Below are positions 18,701-24,812 of a stretch of 44,509 nucleotides of DNA, in pieces (positions within the stretch are counted from its first letter, which is position 1; each line of letters begins with the position of its first letter). Origin of the DNA: Peptococcaceae bacterium (lineage in GTDB: Bacteria; Bacillota; Peptococcia; DRI-13; UBA5745). The position numbers and the translations under genes were made by a program. The stretch spans positions 1 to 44,509 of the forward strand of contig JAISDE010000061.1 in assembly GCA_031265035.1 (NCBI GenBank). Direction: 5' to 3'. The notes beneath the pieces were generated by a model that saw nothing but the letters and a program-made list of their open reading frames with translations, did no database searches and had not been told where the DNA came from.

Positions 18701-18883
18701 GAATATGGGGGATTTATTGATGACGGGGACATCGTGGCCTACGCCCGCGAGGCGGTGAGCGTCCTTTACCGGAGCGGCGTGATTGGCGGCAAGCCCGGCA
18801 ACCTCTTTGACCCGAAAGGCCCGGCCACCCGGGCCGAGGCCGCGGCCATGCTGCGCAGGTTTATCATCGCCGTCAGTGGGTGA
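9737..18883 (+). CDS. giant (3,048-aa) secreted, SLH-anchored cell-surface protein
   Basis: Start at ATG 9737 (AAGGGGG 9721-9727). Signal peptide MRNHKKHQTISRLLSWLLISAMTLTLLPLQGFAAAGE. A Big_2-like Ig segment (LELTPAGTLAMTQGDTLALTVLGARADGSKISL) lies near the C-terminus, then a Gly/Pro/Thr linker. Three SLH repeats follow (FADVRAGNWFFDDVGFAYTNGLFAG, FSDVDAAAYYAAYVEWAREAGVVSG, FIDDGDIVAYAREAVSVLYRSGVIGG). I recognise no domain in the first ~2,500 residues. Confidence 0.9.
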   Translation: MRNHKKHQTISRLLSWLLISAMTLTLLPLQGFAAAGERPSDSPGNGGVTDSIYQVAEDSLAMAELLSRIGLMSADKGNTAQSDDLYIIDGRRYKVIYNDYIACYVEAATGGYTILPTAIGLTSPSALGISLADSLGGAVFNIDGGEYVFGGDYPAKNSYLFRPEVRGDMLVTHWNLGDYIISQYQAITQDVSRENSYAVKVAYAAEYFGPSDTPSEISGRLILPARLGDDGKAPLVTGDGGLLLGGTVLAPVPDEIWMNGGDGPRTFFVLNEHQSDLPAPERMALGDRAELLAGGEPEQFAELSDPAASFTFAPRTLIIPKEGAADLNSNLCAFLVNYGYYNLIPAELSLTVDEAAARESAALSELTLGLLAAGETASLYFDIYANYADKNPVPGMDANEAVKLTDLTWQRPDDENPTRVSVSGEGLRSGTLATTQQTFDIPTGATVRFGVDWVSPGDGERLDLGVNQNYHWPSGSEGNTEFRALAPDADGMYEFVMQSAADEATVEFRVAPKPGYAALNWNHAAVYWSPVPVTVSDWNPSRFAVAPGETVSMTLNGDVPFYLYDAAASPEHYPGLYYYKTGDDHYDPAAAVAFDSAQARYPDEYGVLPLSFTVPNAQGITEVGIDWYPEESDYHNTNYGNWRYASVSVIPRDAVAGGLLSLSGGSWMNGIFRAASGTTITVAVPTLANGYDANSTYLSVFDTYFGEAVAISYGSSPTTTDEPVSLQTLNSASAGVVTFTMPDSDVAVRLAAATYPNVLTEVKYTNSSDTAISLADYDGPKVAVTLLPDPASTNETVALRLEHLLEGGGEPFDLGATTVAITKNGETNTTITPVTNLAGREYSFTMPAYDVKVTVTMKQAAEPTPVHTLSTRPLVEGGEIRGGIWAREQYTTQSERPAFAQDGTSARIPQGATVEYYAYEPDYTDTWVIDAVYLARADDPELKPISSYNLEPGYASGGGGQGSITYRTFTMPNYDAVIVVRGGNYPYPVKTESVYVVGSEVTGGDYLNAPYHPLTNNYVAAYGKEFTLANAGTLAPIDAIMPGEAVYVDAKLIAGYYLKEVWLLMEGWAPRKLDLTPNYSIGWHYTGGFLMSGIGRGATVRAIYEIINPVKITYTLPANSAGLRLDEGGPVRYRTANAEQDPYTGQVTGGTYFAQDIVYLYNDNPYERAYKLREGTNIDLGGGVKADITRNDYIGCVGYDVRLTWPTSGGFPANIPIPIEGQDVDFKPARFDSAVPNHTNPEKFESVTVSGQFSAETIETGEIHLVVYEPSGAYVSGASPILNTYKIDWTKAGGAITPAAGDEPATLTLNLKASGAIIGGPPAFSEMGATDVYENGSLVGTKPNTKRAWGIQVGYRPLFTSNAGAGVEYGTGGKAILAFNLHAAEVNYAAPPKYYMSIARDDWGNYAMKVGATEAEARGNGSYPTTVLTFYNEKGFFADDPANPATVQISDEGAQKVSFNGAMFLETYGLGTLKFTKDSAGVHMEAENMRLQALNTPIFVPSYMFAESRTLMMHMYNGWWYSLNPKSSEEPITFAPWGDISMEIAGWTGFAAGIDEIKVTKNTINIKGGLWMTWPFAQEPFGGFGVERLELEINSGQEYFAKFRGIEAEGKMELPQLYIIGGSAYARINTFENDYYFETEASLGPASLGGFLHLKESERLGIWLPNSFYFDVDLGEVGVPLVPPAIVAWITGVSGGISNMVDTIDYDWRATFFPPITVTIGAHFKLVQLLSFHAEITSGFYSMVGTLTGSVEIGKVGVDILDYLTFEFGLFNEPKRADSNCSRVFAKIGVHVGLALSNQYVKDIIKGQLGGAFGLKFDNPLQTGWDAIISYMEDQSTKLSVTDLINKFALEYAGYAYGGVEVYFPQILVFGPFHLASVYAHMNFSVKLNIQPEGMFASQGWVAGRAQLLEDLRGWFAYNMGNEYLAFGHGDLPDNYANLAGITTYSMAAMSMSASSGAAKELGEGLRVLADTESAGAWSPAPDAGSLSLFAAGSDAAGVKIYSGKEGDIFTRRFTLPAGSADYFLALRQLESGTADAAGADTVADADLRLYAPNGAEITLNVWDAEDTVTENDARFVYNTLAGRDDSGNRTWLIALPEDTGVVGAGEWTLRSSRDVSAQLWQQDAMPGIGGVALSGGASANGGVSLNKGTLTIDLENLKPEGSGNGQQNYQYSIDLVRRAAPDGEALATINVPLGKINSDSVAGNDQEGNTSMVGDYYGDVAQGGSSGNGSGYESKTLTAALSAAMFPDDATPGDYYPEVVLYRYYGTDAEGEALRMPLDRAPGYEPVKVTNGTFADVTVGSLTAVAGQNQSIEVTFEGVSKDSDYADLESAGYLITGYTVAAYGGDGLPAQAMPANPSAGGGSLKGQPADGGPAAGPGYVATGLTLSYDSDGDLPALPAGADDSHTAILTGLTPGQYTAGVTPIFAAQANIAVQSNGVETRTSGAVSVIKAVAPALTLSLAGGVIRDGDGSSKVLCVSPGFELTVSTAANADISVIRYRDKEEMAAATNATSLALSAATYFGKNSATVNGQQIIGGYETLMITAVDSATLGSVNQVVTLVPDLTPPTLIVDNLAGDARVVATTDSSFTIQGRTQPGLTASLLNAGAPMSATSDDAGRFSLNGTLPQDSDGQIAVAVMGASGLTASQTLKVEQVSAADFTALELTPAGTLAMTQGDTLALTVLGARADGSKISLSPDSLTFTAAGSVTVDPGGVLTVIGAGAGTVAARLGALQSNTLQIQAQALAGGDSGTPTPGSGRSGGGGAGAATTNRPRGYIITTPDGKSAVTGADGTITLPGGGGIKTPAGLTVTAPAGTTITLNDVVTPPRSAALSVTLPSGLALNIRQGTAIILDESVPLGYLAVFENQFADVRAGNWFFDDVGFAYTNGLFAGTGAAAFSPNAPMTRGMLVTVLGRLHGIDTSGLKNGTFSDVDAAAYYAAYVEWAREAGVVSGVGGNNFAPGAPISRQDLAVILHNYMRFADKELPRKREYGGFIDDGDIVAYAREAVSVLYRSGVIGGKPGNLFDPKGPATRAEAAAMLRRFIIAVSG

Positions 18884-18936
18884 GATTCCGTTCTGTTCCT
18901 GTTCCAGATGGAACGGCTCGCCAGTATATGTCGTTT

Positions 18937-20322
18937 CTAAAAGTCCTCAAAGCGGATTAGCGCCACATTTCCCCGCCCGGCCGCTTCCGCCTGTATGCCA
19001 TCCGTAAACCCGGTTTTAGCGAATACGTAGTAATACTTCTTTTTATGCGGGAACAGCGCGCTTCTTTCAATCAGTGTCCTCAAAACGCCAGAGCCAACGG
19101 CATCATTTGTCCATTTGCACTCGCAGAATATCCCGCTCTCTTTGTCGTCGGCGATAATGTCAATTTCACATTCTTCGCGTTTCTTGGGGTTATTACCCCA
19201 CCAACGCCCGGCGTCGGTGAACAAAATCGGCGCGCGCTTGGCGACATTCTGCCGCCAAAGATATTGCTTGCAGATCTCCTCAAAAACAGCGCCCATAAAC
19301 CCGGATATCTGGGACTCTATACGCTCATAAGACAGGCCGGTCTCTCCCCGTTGAATCAGCGACATATTATCCGGGACGAAACGATACCAAAACCGGAACA
19401 TGTTGTCCTCCAGGCGATAAACGGTTTTTTTGCTTGTTTCCTCGCGAAACGGGTACTCTTTTTTGATGATGCCGATAGAAATCAGTTTGGCGATATAGGT
19501 AGAACACAAGGCCGTCTCAAGCCCAACTTTGCCCGCTATTTCCGATAACCTGGACGCGCCGTTCGCGATCGCCTTGATAATGGTGTTATACCGCGCCGGT
19601 TCCCGACACTCCTGCTTAATCAAGTTGCCCGGTTCCTCGAAAAGATAGCCGGAGGGGGTCAGAAAGTTAAGTTTGATGTTGTCGGCCACGCTCAAATTCC
19701 TGTCAATCAGTGACATGTACAACGGCACACCGCCCGTAACGCCGTATAAAACGGCGGTATCAATATCGTTGAAACTGTCGCCGAAATAATCCCTGGCTTG
19801 TGTGTAGTCAAAAGGCAATATCTTGAACTGCGCCGTCCTGCGTCCGTAAAGCGGGCTTTTATAGCCCAGTATCTGGTTCTCCATGAAAGACAGCGACGAG
19901 CCGCAGAGAATGATAAATAGTTTTGACGTTTCCTTGTATTTGTCAATATAAGTTTGCAGAAGCGAGGATATAGCCTGATAACTCGCCGCCAGGTAAGGGT
20001 ACTCGTCAATGGCCAGCGCCACGCGCCGCGTCTTTGCCAACTCGAATACCGCCTCAAGCGCGTCCTTGTAACTGGCGAAGACTGGCGACGCGGCGGAGAA
20101 ATCCCGCGCGAGCGCGAAAATACTCTGGCTGAGATTTTCCAGATTCTCTTTGGCGTTGGTCTCCTGCCCTGTGAAATAGATAGATTCCTTATCTTTGATA
20201 AACTCGGCGATCAGCGCCGTTTTACCGACGCGCCGACGCCCGTATATGATCGCGCACTGAAACTTATCCGTATTGTACAATCGCGCTAGCTCATTCAGTT
20301 CTCGTTGCCTGCCGACAAACAT
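18937..20322 (-). CDS. ATP-binding protein (Arch_ATPase/ATPase_2 + DUF234-like C-terminus with PD-(D/E)xK-like motif)
   Basis: Start at ATG 20320-20322 (MFVGRQRELNEL; GGAGG is the complement of 20330-20334). Walker A GRRRVGKTAL, Walker B LAIDEYPYL. The C-terminal ECEIDIIADDKESGIFCECKW looks like E-x-D...E-x-K. Visibly AT-richer than its neighbours. Confidence 0.8.
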   Translation of the reverse strand: MFVGRQRELNELARLYNTDKFQCAIIYGRRRVGKTALIAEFIKDKESIYFTGQETNAKENLENLSQSIFALARDFSAASPVFASYKDALEAVFELAKTRRVALAIDEYPYLAASYQAISSLLQTYIDKYKETSKLFIILCGSSLSFMENQILGYKSPLYGRRTAQFKILPFDYTQARDYFGDSFNDIDTAVLYGVTGGVPLYMSLIDRNLSVADNIKLNFLTPSGYLFEEPGNLIKQECREPARYNTIIKAIANGASRLSEIAGKVGLETALCSTYIAKLISIGIIKKEYPFREETSKKTVYRLEDNMFRFWYRFVPDNMSLIQRGETGLSYERIESQISGFMGAVFEEICKQYLWRQNVAKRAPILFTDAGRWWGNNPKKREECEIDIIADDKESGIFCECKWTNDAVGSGVLRTLIERSALFPHKKKYYYVFAKTGFTDGIQAEAAGRGNVALIRFEDF

Positions 20323-20367
20323 AATATGGCCTCCAGAAAAATGCTCTATCACGATATACTATATCAT

Positions 20368-20402
20368 AATAGAGCAATAATGACAAATAGAGCAATAATG
20401 AC
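20368..20402. repeat. 17-bp tandem direct repeat x2 (AATAGAGCAATAATGAC)
   Basis: Copies at 20368-20384 and 20386-20402, between the kinase-like gene stop (20414) and the ATPase start (20322). Confidence 0.85.
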
Positions 20403-20413
20403 GACTGGGTCGG

Positions 20414-21673
20414 TCAGGCCAGGGAACGAACCATGTCCATGGTTTTCAGGATCCATTCCAGGGCGCCGGCAAAGCGGTAGCCCGCGAGGCCGGCCGCCGT
20501 CAGGATGGCCCGGACGTCTTTTTTGCTGACATCAAGACGAATCAGCTCGCCCAGACCGCCCCGCTCCCGCGCGATCTCCCGGGTGTAATCCCAATATGTG
20601 CCCGCGTAGCCGAAGCCCGTGGCGTAGCCGGCCGGATCGGCGATCGCCGCCTTCACCGTCTCCGCTGTGTCCTCATAAAACAGGCTGCGGCCGTTGTCAT
20701 AGAGCGCGTAGAAGGATTCCTCGCCGCCGCTGATCTTGATAGCCATGTTGGACAGGTGCCGATCCTCTTGCCGGGTGATGAAGTCCAGCAGGATCATGCG
20801 GGCGATATCATCCCGATATTGGGGCCGAACGCCGATGAGATTTTGGTACTCGTTGTCTGAGCGGGCGCCGTCAAACAGGCTGCGGAAGTGCACAAGGTGC
20901 TCGCTGGAAAAATCGTAGCGGAAGGTGGAGAATATCGTGTCTTTATCCGACATGACCGCGGCGCAGACGGATACGCCCAGCTTTTTCCCCAGCAAATACA
21001 CAGCGACCTCGGATTCCGCGTCGGTGGTAAGTGGGCTGATACGCCGCTTATAGACGCCGTATTGGCCCCCCTGCGCGCCGTACCTTTTGATATTGCCGCC
21101 CTCCGGCGTGTCTACGCTGTCGCCCGTAAGGTCGGTTTGCCGCAGGAATACTGACGCGTGCGCGTCGGTCATGGCGTCTTCCAGACGCTCGGCCCGGGAT
21201 TTGGCGATCCACAGCAGATCCTTGGGATGGATGCCCCGGGTAAGTTCCGCGATGAGCGGCGCGTCATACCTGGACAGGCCCAGGCGAAACAAGATCCGCT
21301 CAATGTCCCGCCGCCCGCGGCCGACGACGCGCTCGGCGAGAAATTCGTTGAATTGTTCCGGCGGCCAATTAGACTGGCCCCGGGTATATATGGACATAAC
21401 CTCATTGAATTCCGGGGCGTTGAAATAGACGGCGTTATTTTTGTAGATTACGCCAACGACCTCGTTATCCCATTTCAGATAACGCTTGTCCGACGCGGCG
21501 GGATTGTCCGCCCGCTCCCGGCCGTCCGCCGGCTTACGCGCCCCGGCGGGAATCTGATAAGACTTGCCCGGCTTCAAGATGCCTGGTATTTTCCCCTCAG
21601 TACACAGCATACGCACGCGCCGGTCGGAAATATGCCATTTTTCGCCGGCCTGTTTGGTAGTAATGTAATCCAT
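20414..21673 (-). CDS. HTH (excisionase/MerR-like) fused to a HipA-like Ser/Thr kinase domain
   Basis: The N-terminus YITTKQAGEKWHISDRRVRMLCTEGKIPG is a typical HTH_17-type motif. In the C-terminal half, RYGAQGGQYG resembles the HipA G-A-Q loop. ITRQEDRHLSNMAIK matches the HipA catalytic D-x-H-x-x-N, and ALYDNGRSL matches the Mg-binding YD. Call rests on motif memory only. Confidence 0.6.
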   Translation of the reverse strand: MDYITTKQAGEKWHISDRRVRMLCTEGKIPGILKPGKSYQIPAGARKPADGRERADNPAASDKRYLKWDNEVVGVIYKNNAVYFNAPEFNEVMSIYTRGQSNWPPEQFNEFLAERVVGRGRRDIERILFRLGLSRYDAPLIAELTRGIHPKDLLWIAKSRAERLEDAMTDAHASVFLRQTDLTGDSVDTPEGGNIKRYGAQGGQYGVYKRRISPLTTDAESEVAVYLLGKKLGVSVCAAVMSDKDTIFSTFRYDFSSEHLVHFRSLFDGARSDNEYQNLIGVRPQYRDDIARMILLDFITRQEDRHLSNMAIKISGGEESFYALYDNGRSLFYEDTAETVKAAIADPAGYATGFGYAGTYWDYTREIARERGGLGELIRLDVSKKDVRAILTAAGLAGYRFAGALEWILKTMDMVRSLA

Positions 21674-21700
21674 CTTTTTCCCCTCACTCTCCTGTATTAT

Positions 21701-21750
21701 ATTATACTACAGTTCGGAATAATATCAAGACGCCAACCGCATTATTCCGA
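21701..21750 (-). promoter_or_regulatory. kinase-gene promoter with overlapping 10-bp perfect inverted repeat (candidate operator)
   Basis: Minus strand: TTGATA (complement of 21723-21728), 16 nt, TATAAT (complement of 21701-21706). The inverted repeat is TCGGAATAAT (21714-21723) / ATTATTCCGA (21741-21750) with a 17-nt spacer. One arm lies inside the promoter spacer. Confidence 0.55.
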
Positions 21751-21783
21751 TTTTCGCGTCATTTTTTTGTGTCATTTTTTTTG

Positions 21784-21812
21784 TTGACAACGCCGGCGAA
21801 CTGTGTTATCAT
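21784..21812 (+). promoter_or_regulatory. candidate promoter of the DUF3793-flavodoxin operon
   Basis: TTGACA (21784-21789), 17 nt, TATCAT (21807-21812). It is preceded by GTCATTTTTTT x2 (21758-21768, 21771-21782), an UP-element-like T tract. Confidence 0.55.
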
Positions 21813-21874
21813 GCAGTAACATTAGCGTTTACTAATATAAGCGTCTTCTAACCATGAAGCGACAGGAGTTGTGG

Positions 21875-22438
21875 ATGAGTCGTTCCTTTGAGCAGCTACT
21901 GGCCGTTCATTGCGGCCCTACCTTCGCGGGGATCAAGCCCGCCTGCCTGTTTTCCTGCGAAAAACGACATTGCCCCGTTTACCCGGCGTCGATTTGGGAG
22001 TACGGCCGCCTTTTCCAGAGCCGTAAAATTCATTTTGAGATCTTGGGAGAGAGGGCGGAGCGATTCTTATTGCTGGTCTATCACCGGGATAAGCTGTCGG
22101 CGCAGTTGGCGGGGGCCGGCCAGCAGGCTATTCTGCGGCGGCAAGGCTATCCGGCGACGGCGGATTTGCCGGCCGCTCTGGCGCATTTGAAAAAGCGCGT
22201 GGCCGGGCAAGAGGATTTTCCTCATGAGATAGGGATTTTCCTAGGCTATCCGCCGGCGGATGTCGCGGGGTTTCAGGAAAACCGAGGGAAAAATTATCTG
22301 CTGTGCGGCTATTGGAAGGTTTACGCCAACGCGGGGGAAGCCAAGTCTATGTTTGAGCGGTATGATCGGTGCCGGGAAACGATAGCCCGGCGGCTGTCGG
22401 CGGGGTTGTCCATCGCGCAATTATTTCGCGCGGTATAA
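21875..22438 (+). CDS. DUF3793 family protein
   Basis: Start at ATG 21875 (AGGAG 21864-21868). Motifs LLAVHCGPTFAGIKPACLFS and FPHEIGIFLGYPPADVAGF...CGYWKVY match my memory of DUF3793. Confidence 0.75.
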   Translation: MSRSFEQLLAVHCGPTFAGIKPACLFSCEKRHCPVYPASIWEYGRLFQSRKIHFEILGERAERFLLLVYHRDKLSAQLAGAGQQAILRRQGYPATADLPAALAHLKKRVAGQEDFPHEIGIFLGYPPADVAGFQENRGKNYLLCGYWKVYANAGEAKSMFERYDRCRETIARRLSAGLSIAQLFRAV

Positions 22439-22481
22439 GGCAATAAGGCGAATAAGTCAATAATTTGAGGAGGTAATTAAC

Positions 22482-22913
22482 ATGGGCAAATTGGCAGTTA
22501 TTTATTGGTCTTCCACCGGCAATACGGAAGCGATGGCGAACGCGATCGTGAAAGGCGCCCAGGGAGTGGGCGCCGACGTCGCGCTTTTCGCTGTCGCCGA
22601 TATCTCGCCTGAACAGGCGGCGGGATATGACCTGTTGGCCCTGGGCTGCCCCGCCATGGGGGCGGAGGTGCTGGAGGAAGGCGAGTTTGAGCCGTTTTTC
22701 ACACAGCTGGAGGGCAAGCTAGCCGGCAAAAAGACAGCTTTGTTTGGCTCCTACGGCTGGGGGGACGGCCAATGGATGCGGGACTGGCAGGAGCGGACGG
22801 CGGCCGCCGGCGCTCAACTTTATCGAAACGAGGGGCTGATTATCAATGAGACGCCGGACGCCGATGGGATCAGCGCCTGCGAGTCTTTCGGGGCCGGCTT
22901 CGCCAAAGCTTAG
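22482..22913 (+). CDS. short-chain flavodoxin
   Basis: 143 aa. FMN phosphate loop VIYWSSTGNTE. GAGGAGG lies upstream of the ATG. Confidence 0.9.
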   Translation: MGKLAVIYWSSTGNTEAMANAIVKGAQGVGADVALFAVADISPEQAAGYDLLALGCPAMGAEVLEEGEFEPFFTQLEGKLAGKKTALFGSYGWGDGQWMRDWQERTAAAGAQLYRNEGLIINETPDADGISACESFGAGFAKA

Positions 22914-22995
22914 GGCCAGCGCGACAATAACTTGAGTTTCTCGCTTGCCATTTTGTTGTCAGACCGCGTTGTCGTCAGTCGCCATACCGTTGATA

Positions 22996-24747
22996 TCAGG
23001 CGTCAATGACCTTGACGATATCGTCGCCAAAAATGGCTTTGGCTTTTTCCACCGGATCGAGGGGGTCTTCTTTTTTCTTGAAATCACAGGTGATTGTCAC
23101 CGGGCGGCCCAGCGCTTGCCCGGTGATTTTTGTCAGCAATTCCAGGTTTTCTTTTTCCTGACAGCGTTCTTTGTGGAAGCGCCCCTTTTCCGGATCAAAT
23201 AGCAGGAGCAGGGTGTCAGCCGCGAGGGACTGTTCCTCCACTGCTTTTAGGAACGCGTGCAGGGTGACTTTTTGCTCTTTGACCTGCCGCAAAATCTCTG
23301 ACCACCAGTCGGTGGGCGGGACGGGCGCCGGCGCTGTAGCGAAAGGCGGCGCCGCGGGCGCCGGTTCTGTGGCGCGGGGCGGCTCACTGGCGAAGGGCGG
23401 CGCGGTTGGCGCCTGGGAGGCAGGCAAGGCCGCGGCGGCGGCGCCGCCCTTTTTGCCGGCGGCGGGCGCTTTTCTGCCTGCCGTCGGCAAGGGGGTCGGG
23501 GCAGCGGCGGTCGGCGGGCTGGGCGCCGTTGCAGGCATAGCGCTCGCGCCAAGGGCGGTGCCTGCGCCAGCAGGCGCGCCGGAACCGGCGCCAACGCCAG
23601 CGCCAGCGCCTGTGCCAACGCCAGCGCCAGCCCCGGTTCCAGCTCCAGCGCCCGGCCCCGCTTGCTCCAGCAGCAGGCCCGCGAACAGCGCCTCCGCCAT
23701 AAAGCGGCTGCTGCCCCGGCCCCGGCCGCCGACCGCTCCCTGATCCAGCCGGCTCACCAGCGCTTGCAGCCGGGCCGAACCCAAACGGCGGCTTTGCGCG
23801 ATCATCAACTGCCGCTGCTCACCGGCGGCGGCGACCAAATCCGTATACTCGCCGCAAATCGCCAGCAGCAGCAGATCCCGGCAATACCCGGCGAATTCCC
23901 GCAGCAATTGGTTAGGCTCCGCGCCCTGGGCGAACAAATCCGCCAGCGTCTGAAACAGTTGTTGGGGCTGCTCGCCGACAATCGCCGCCAGCAAAGCTCC
24001 CAGGATATCCTGCCGTACCAGACCAAGAATCTGGCAGGCCCCGTCCAGTGTCAGCCGCTCCGGGCTGAAAGACAGGCACTGATCCAAAAGGTTGATAGCG
24101 TCCCGCAGACCGCCGTCGGCCTGGCGGATAATCAGGGCCAACGCCTCCGGCTCCACCGCTGTCGGCTGGCTGGCGATAATCTCCGTCAGCCGTTTTTGGA
24201 TGGCCTCATAAGACAGCTTGCGAAAATCAAACCGCTGACAGCGGGACAAGACCGTGGGCGGCAGTTTTTGGGGGTCGGTGGTCGCCAGCACAAAAATCAC
24301 ATGGGCCGGCGGTTCTTCCAACGTTTTCAGCAAGGCGTTGAACGCCTCGTTGGTCAGCATATGAACCTCGTCCACGATATAGACCTTATATTTCCCCAGC
24401 GCCGGCAAATAACCGATCTTATCTTTCAATTCCCGGATTTCCTCGATACCCCGGTTGGAGGCGCCGTCGATCTCCAGCACATCCAGCGAATGACCCTGGG
24501 CAATGCTTCGGCAGCTTTCGCAATCGCCGCAGGGATGGGCGCCCTGACGCCGGGCGCAATTCAGGGCCTTGGCCAAAATCCGGGCCGCGCTGGTTTTGCC
24601 CGTGCCCCGAGGACCGGTGAATAAATAGGCGTGGCTGATCCGATCCAGCTCAATGGCGTTCTCCAGGGTGCGCCTGATGTGCTCTTGCCCTACCAACTCT
24701 TGAAAATCCTGTGGCCGCCAAACCCGGTATAATACTTGATAAGTCAT
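22996..24747 (-). CDS. dnaX: DNA polymerase III subunit gamma/tau
   Basis: Walker A GPRGTGKTS, Zn module CGDCESCRSI, Walker B YIVDEVHML, sensor VLSRCQRF. A long Gly/Ala/Pro linker separates it from the C-terminal domain. Confidence 0.95.
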   Translation of the reverse strand: MTYQVLYRVWRPQDFQELVGQEHIRRTLENAIELDRISHAYLFTGPRGTGKTSAARILAKALNCARRQGAHPCGDCESCRSIAQGHSLDVLEIDGASNRGIEEIRELKDKIGYLPALGKYKVYIVDEVHMLTNEAFNALLKTLEEPPAHVIFVLATTDPQKLPPTVLSRCQRFDFRKLSYEAIQKRLTEIIASQPTAVEPEALALIIRQADGGLRDAINLLDQCLSFSPERLTLDGACQILGLVRQDILGALLAAIVGEQPQQLFQTLADLFAQGAEPNQLLREFAGYCRDLLLLAICGEYTDLVAAAGEQRQLMIAQSRRLGSARLQALVSRLDQGAVGGRGRGSSRFMAEALFAGLLLEQAGPGAGAGTGAGAGVGTGAGAGVGAGSGAPAGAGTALGASAMPATAPSPPTAAAPTPLPTAGRKAPAAGKKGGAAAAALPASQAPTAPPFASEPPRATEPAPAAPPFATAPAPVPPTDWWSEILRQVKEQKVTLHAFLKAVEEQSLAADTLLLLFDPEKGRFHKERCQEKENLELLTKITGQALGRPVTITCDFKKKEDPLDPVEKAKAIFGDDIVKVIDA

Positions 24748-24812
24748 CGTGCCCTCCCCTCCGCCGCGGGTTATTGTTTAATAATCATCAAGGCCGCGCG
24801 GGCGAAAAAACT

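Noticed and set aside
18884-18936. Bidirectional terminator between the giant gene and the convergent ATPase gene
   Set aside because: CCGTTC/GAACGG and GTTCC/GGAAC stems are short and lack a following T-run on either strand.
23068-23085. A-rich run (AAGAAAAAAGAAG on the coding strand) as a dnaX -1 frameshift site producing gamma
   Set aside because: It is not a clean X-XXY-YYZ heptamer in frame. It also lies ~30 codons from the C-terminus, so it could not generate a gamma-like truncated product.
23171-23743. ORFs encoding Ala/Gly/Pro runs within and opposite the dnaX linker
   Set aside because: They are by-products of the GC-rich repeat DNA that encodes the DnaX low-complexity linker.
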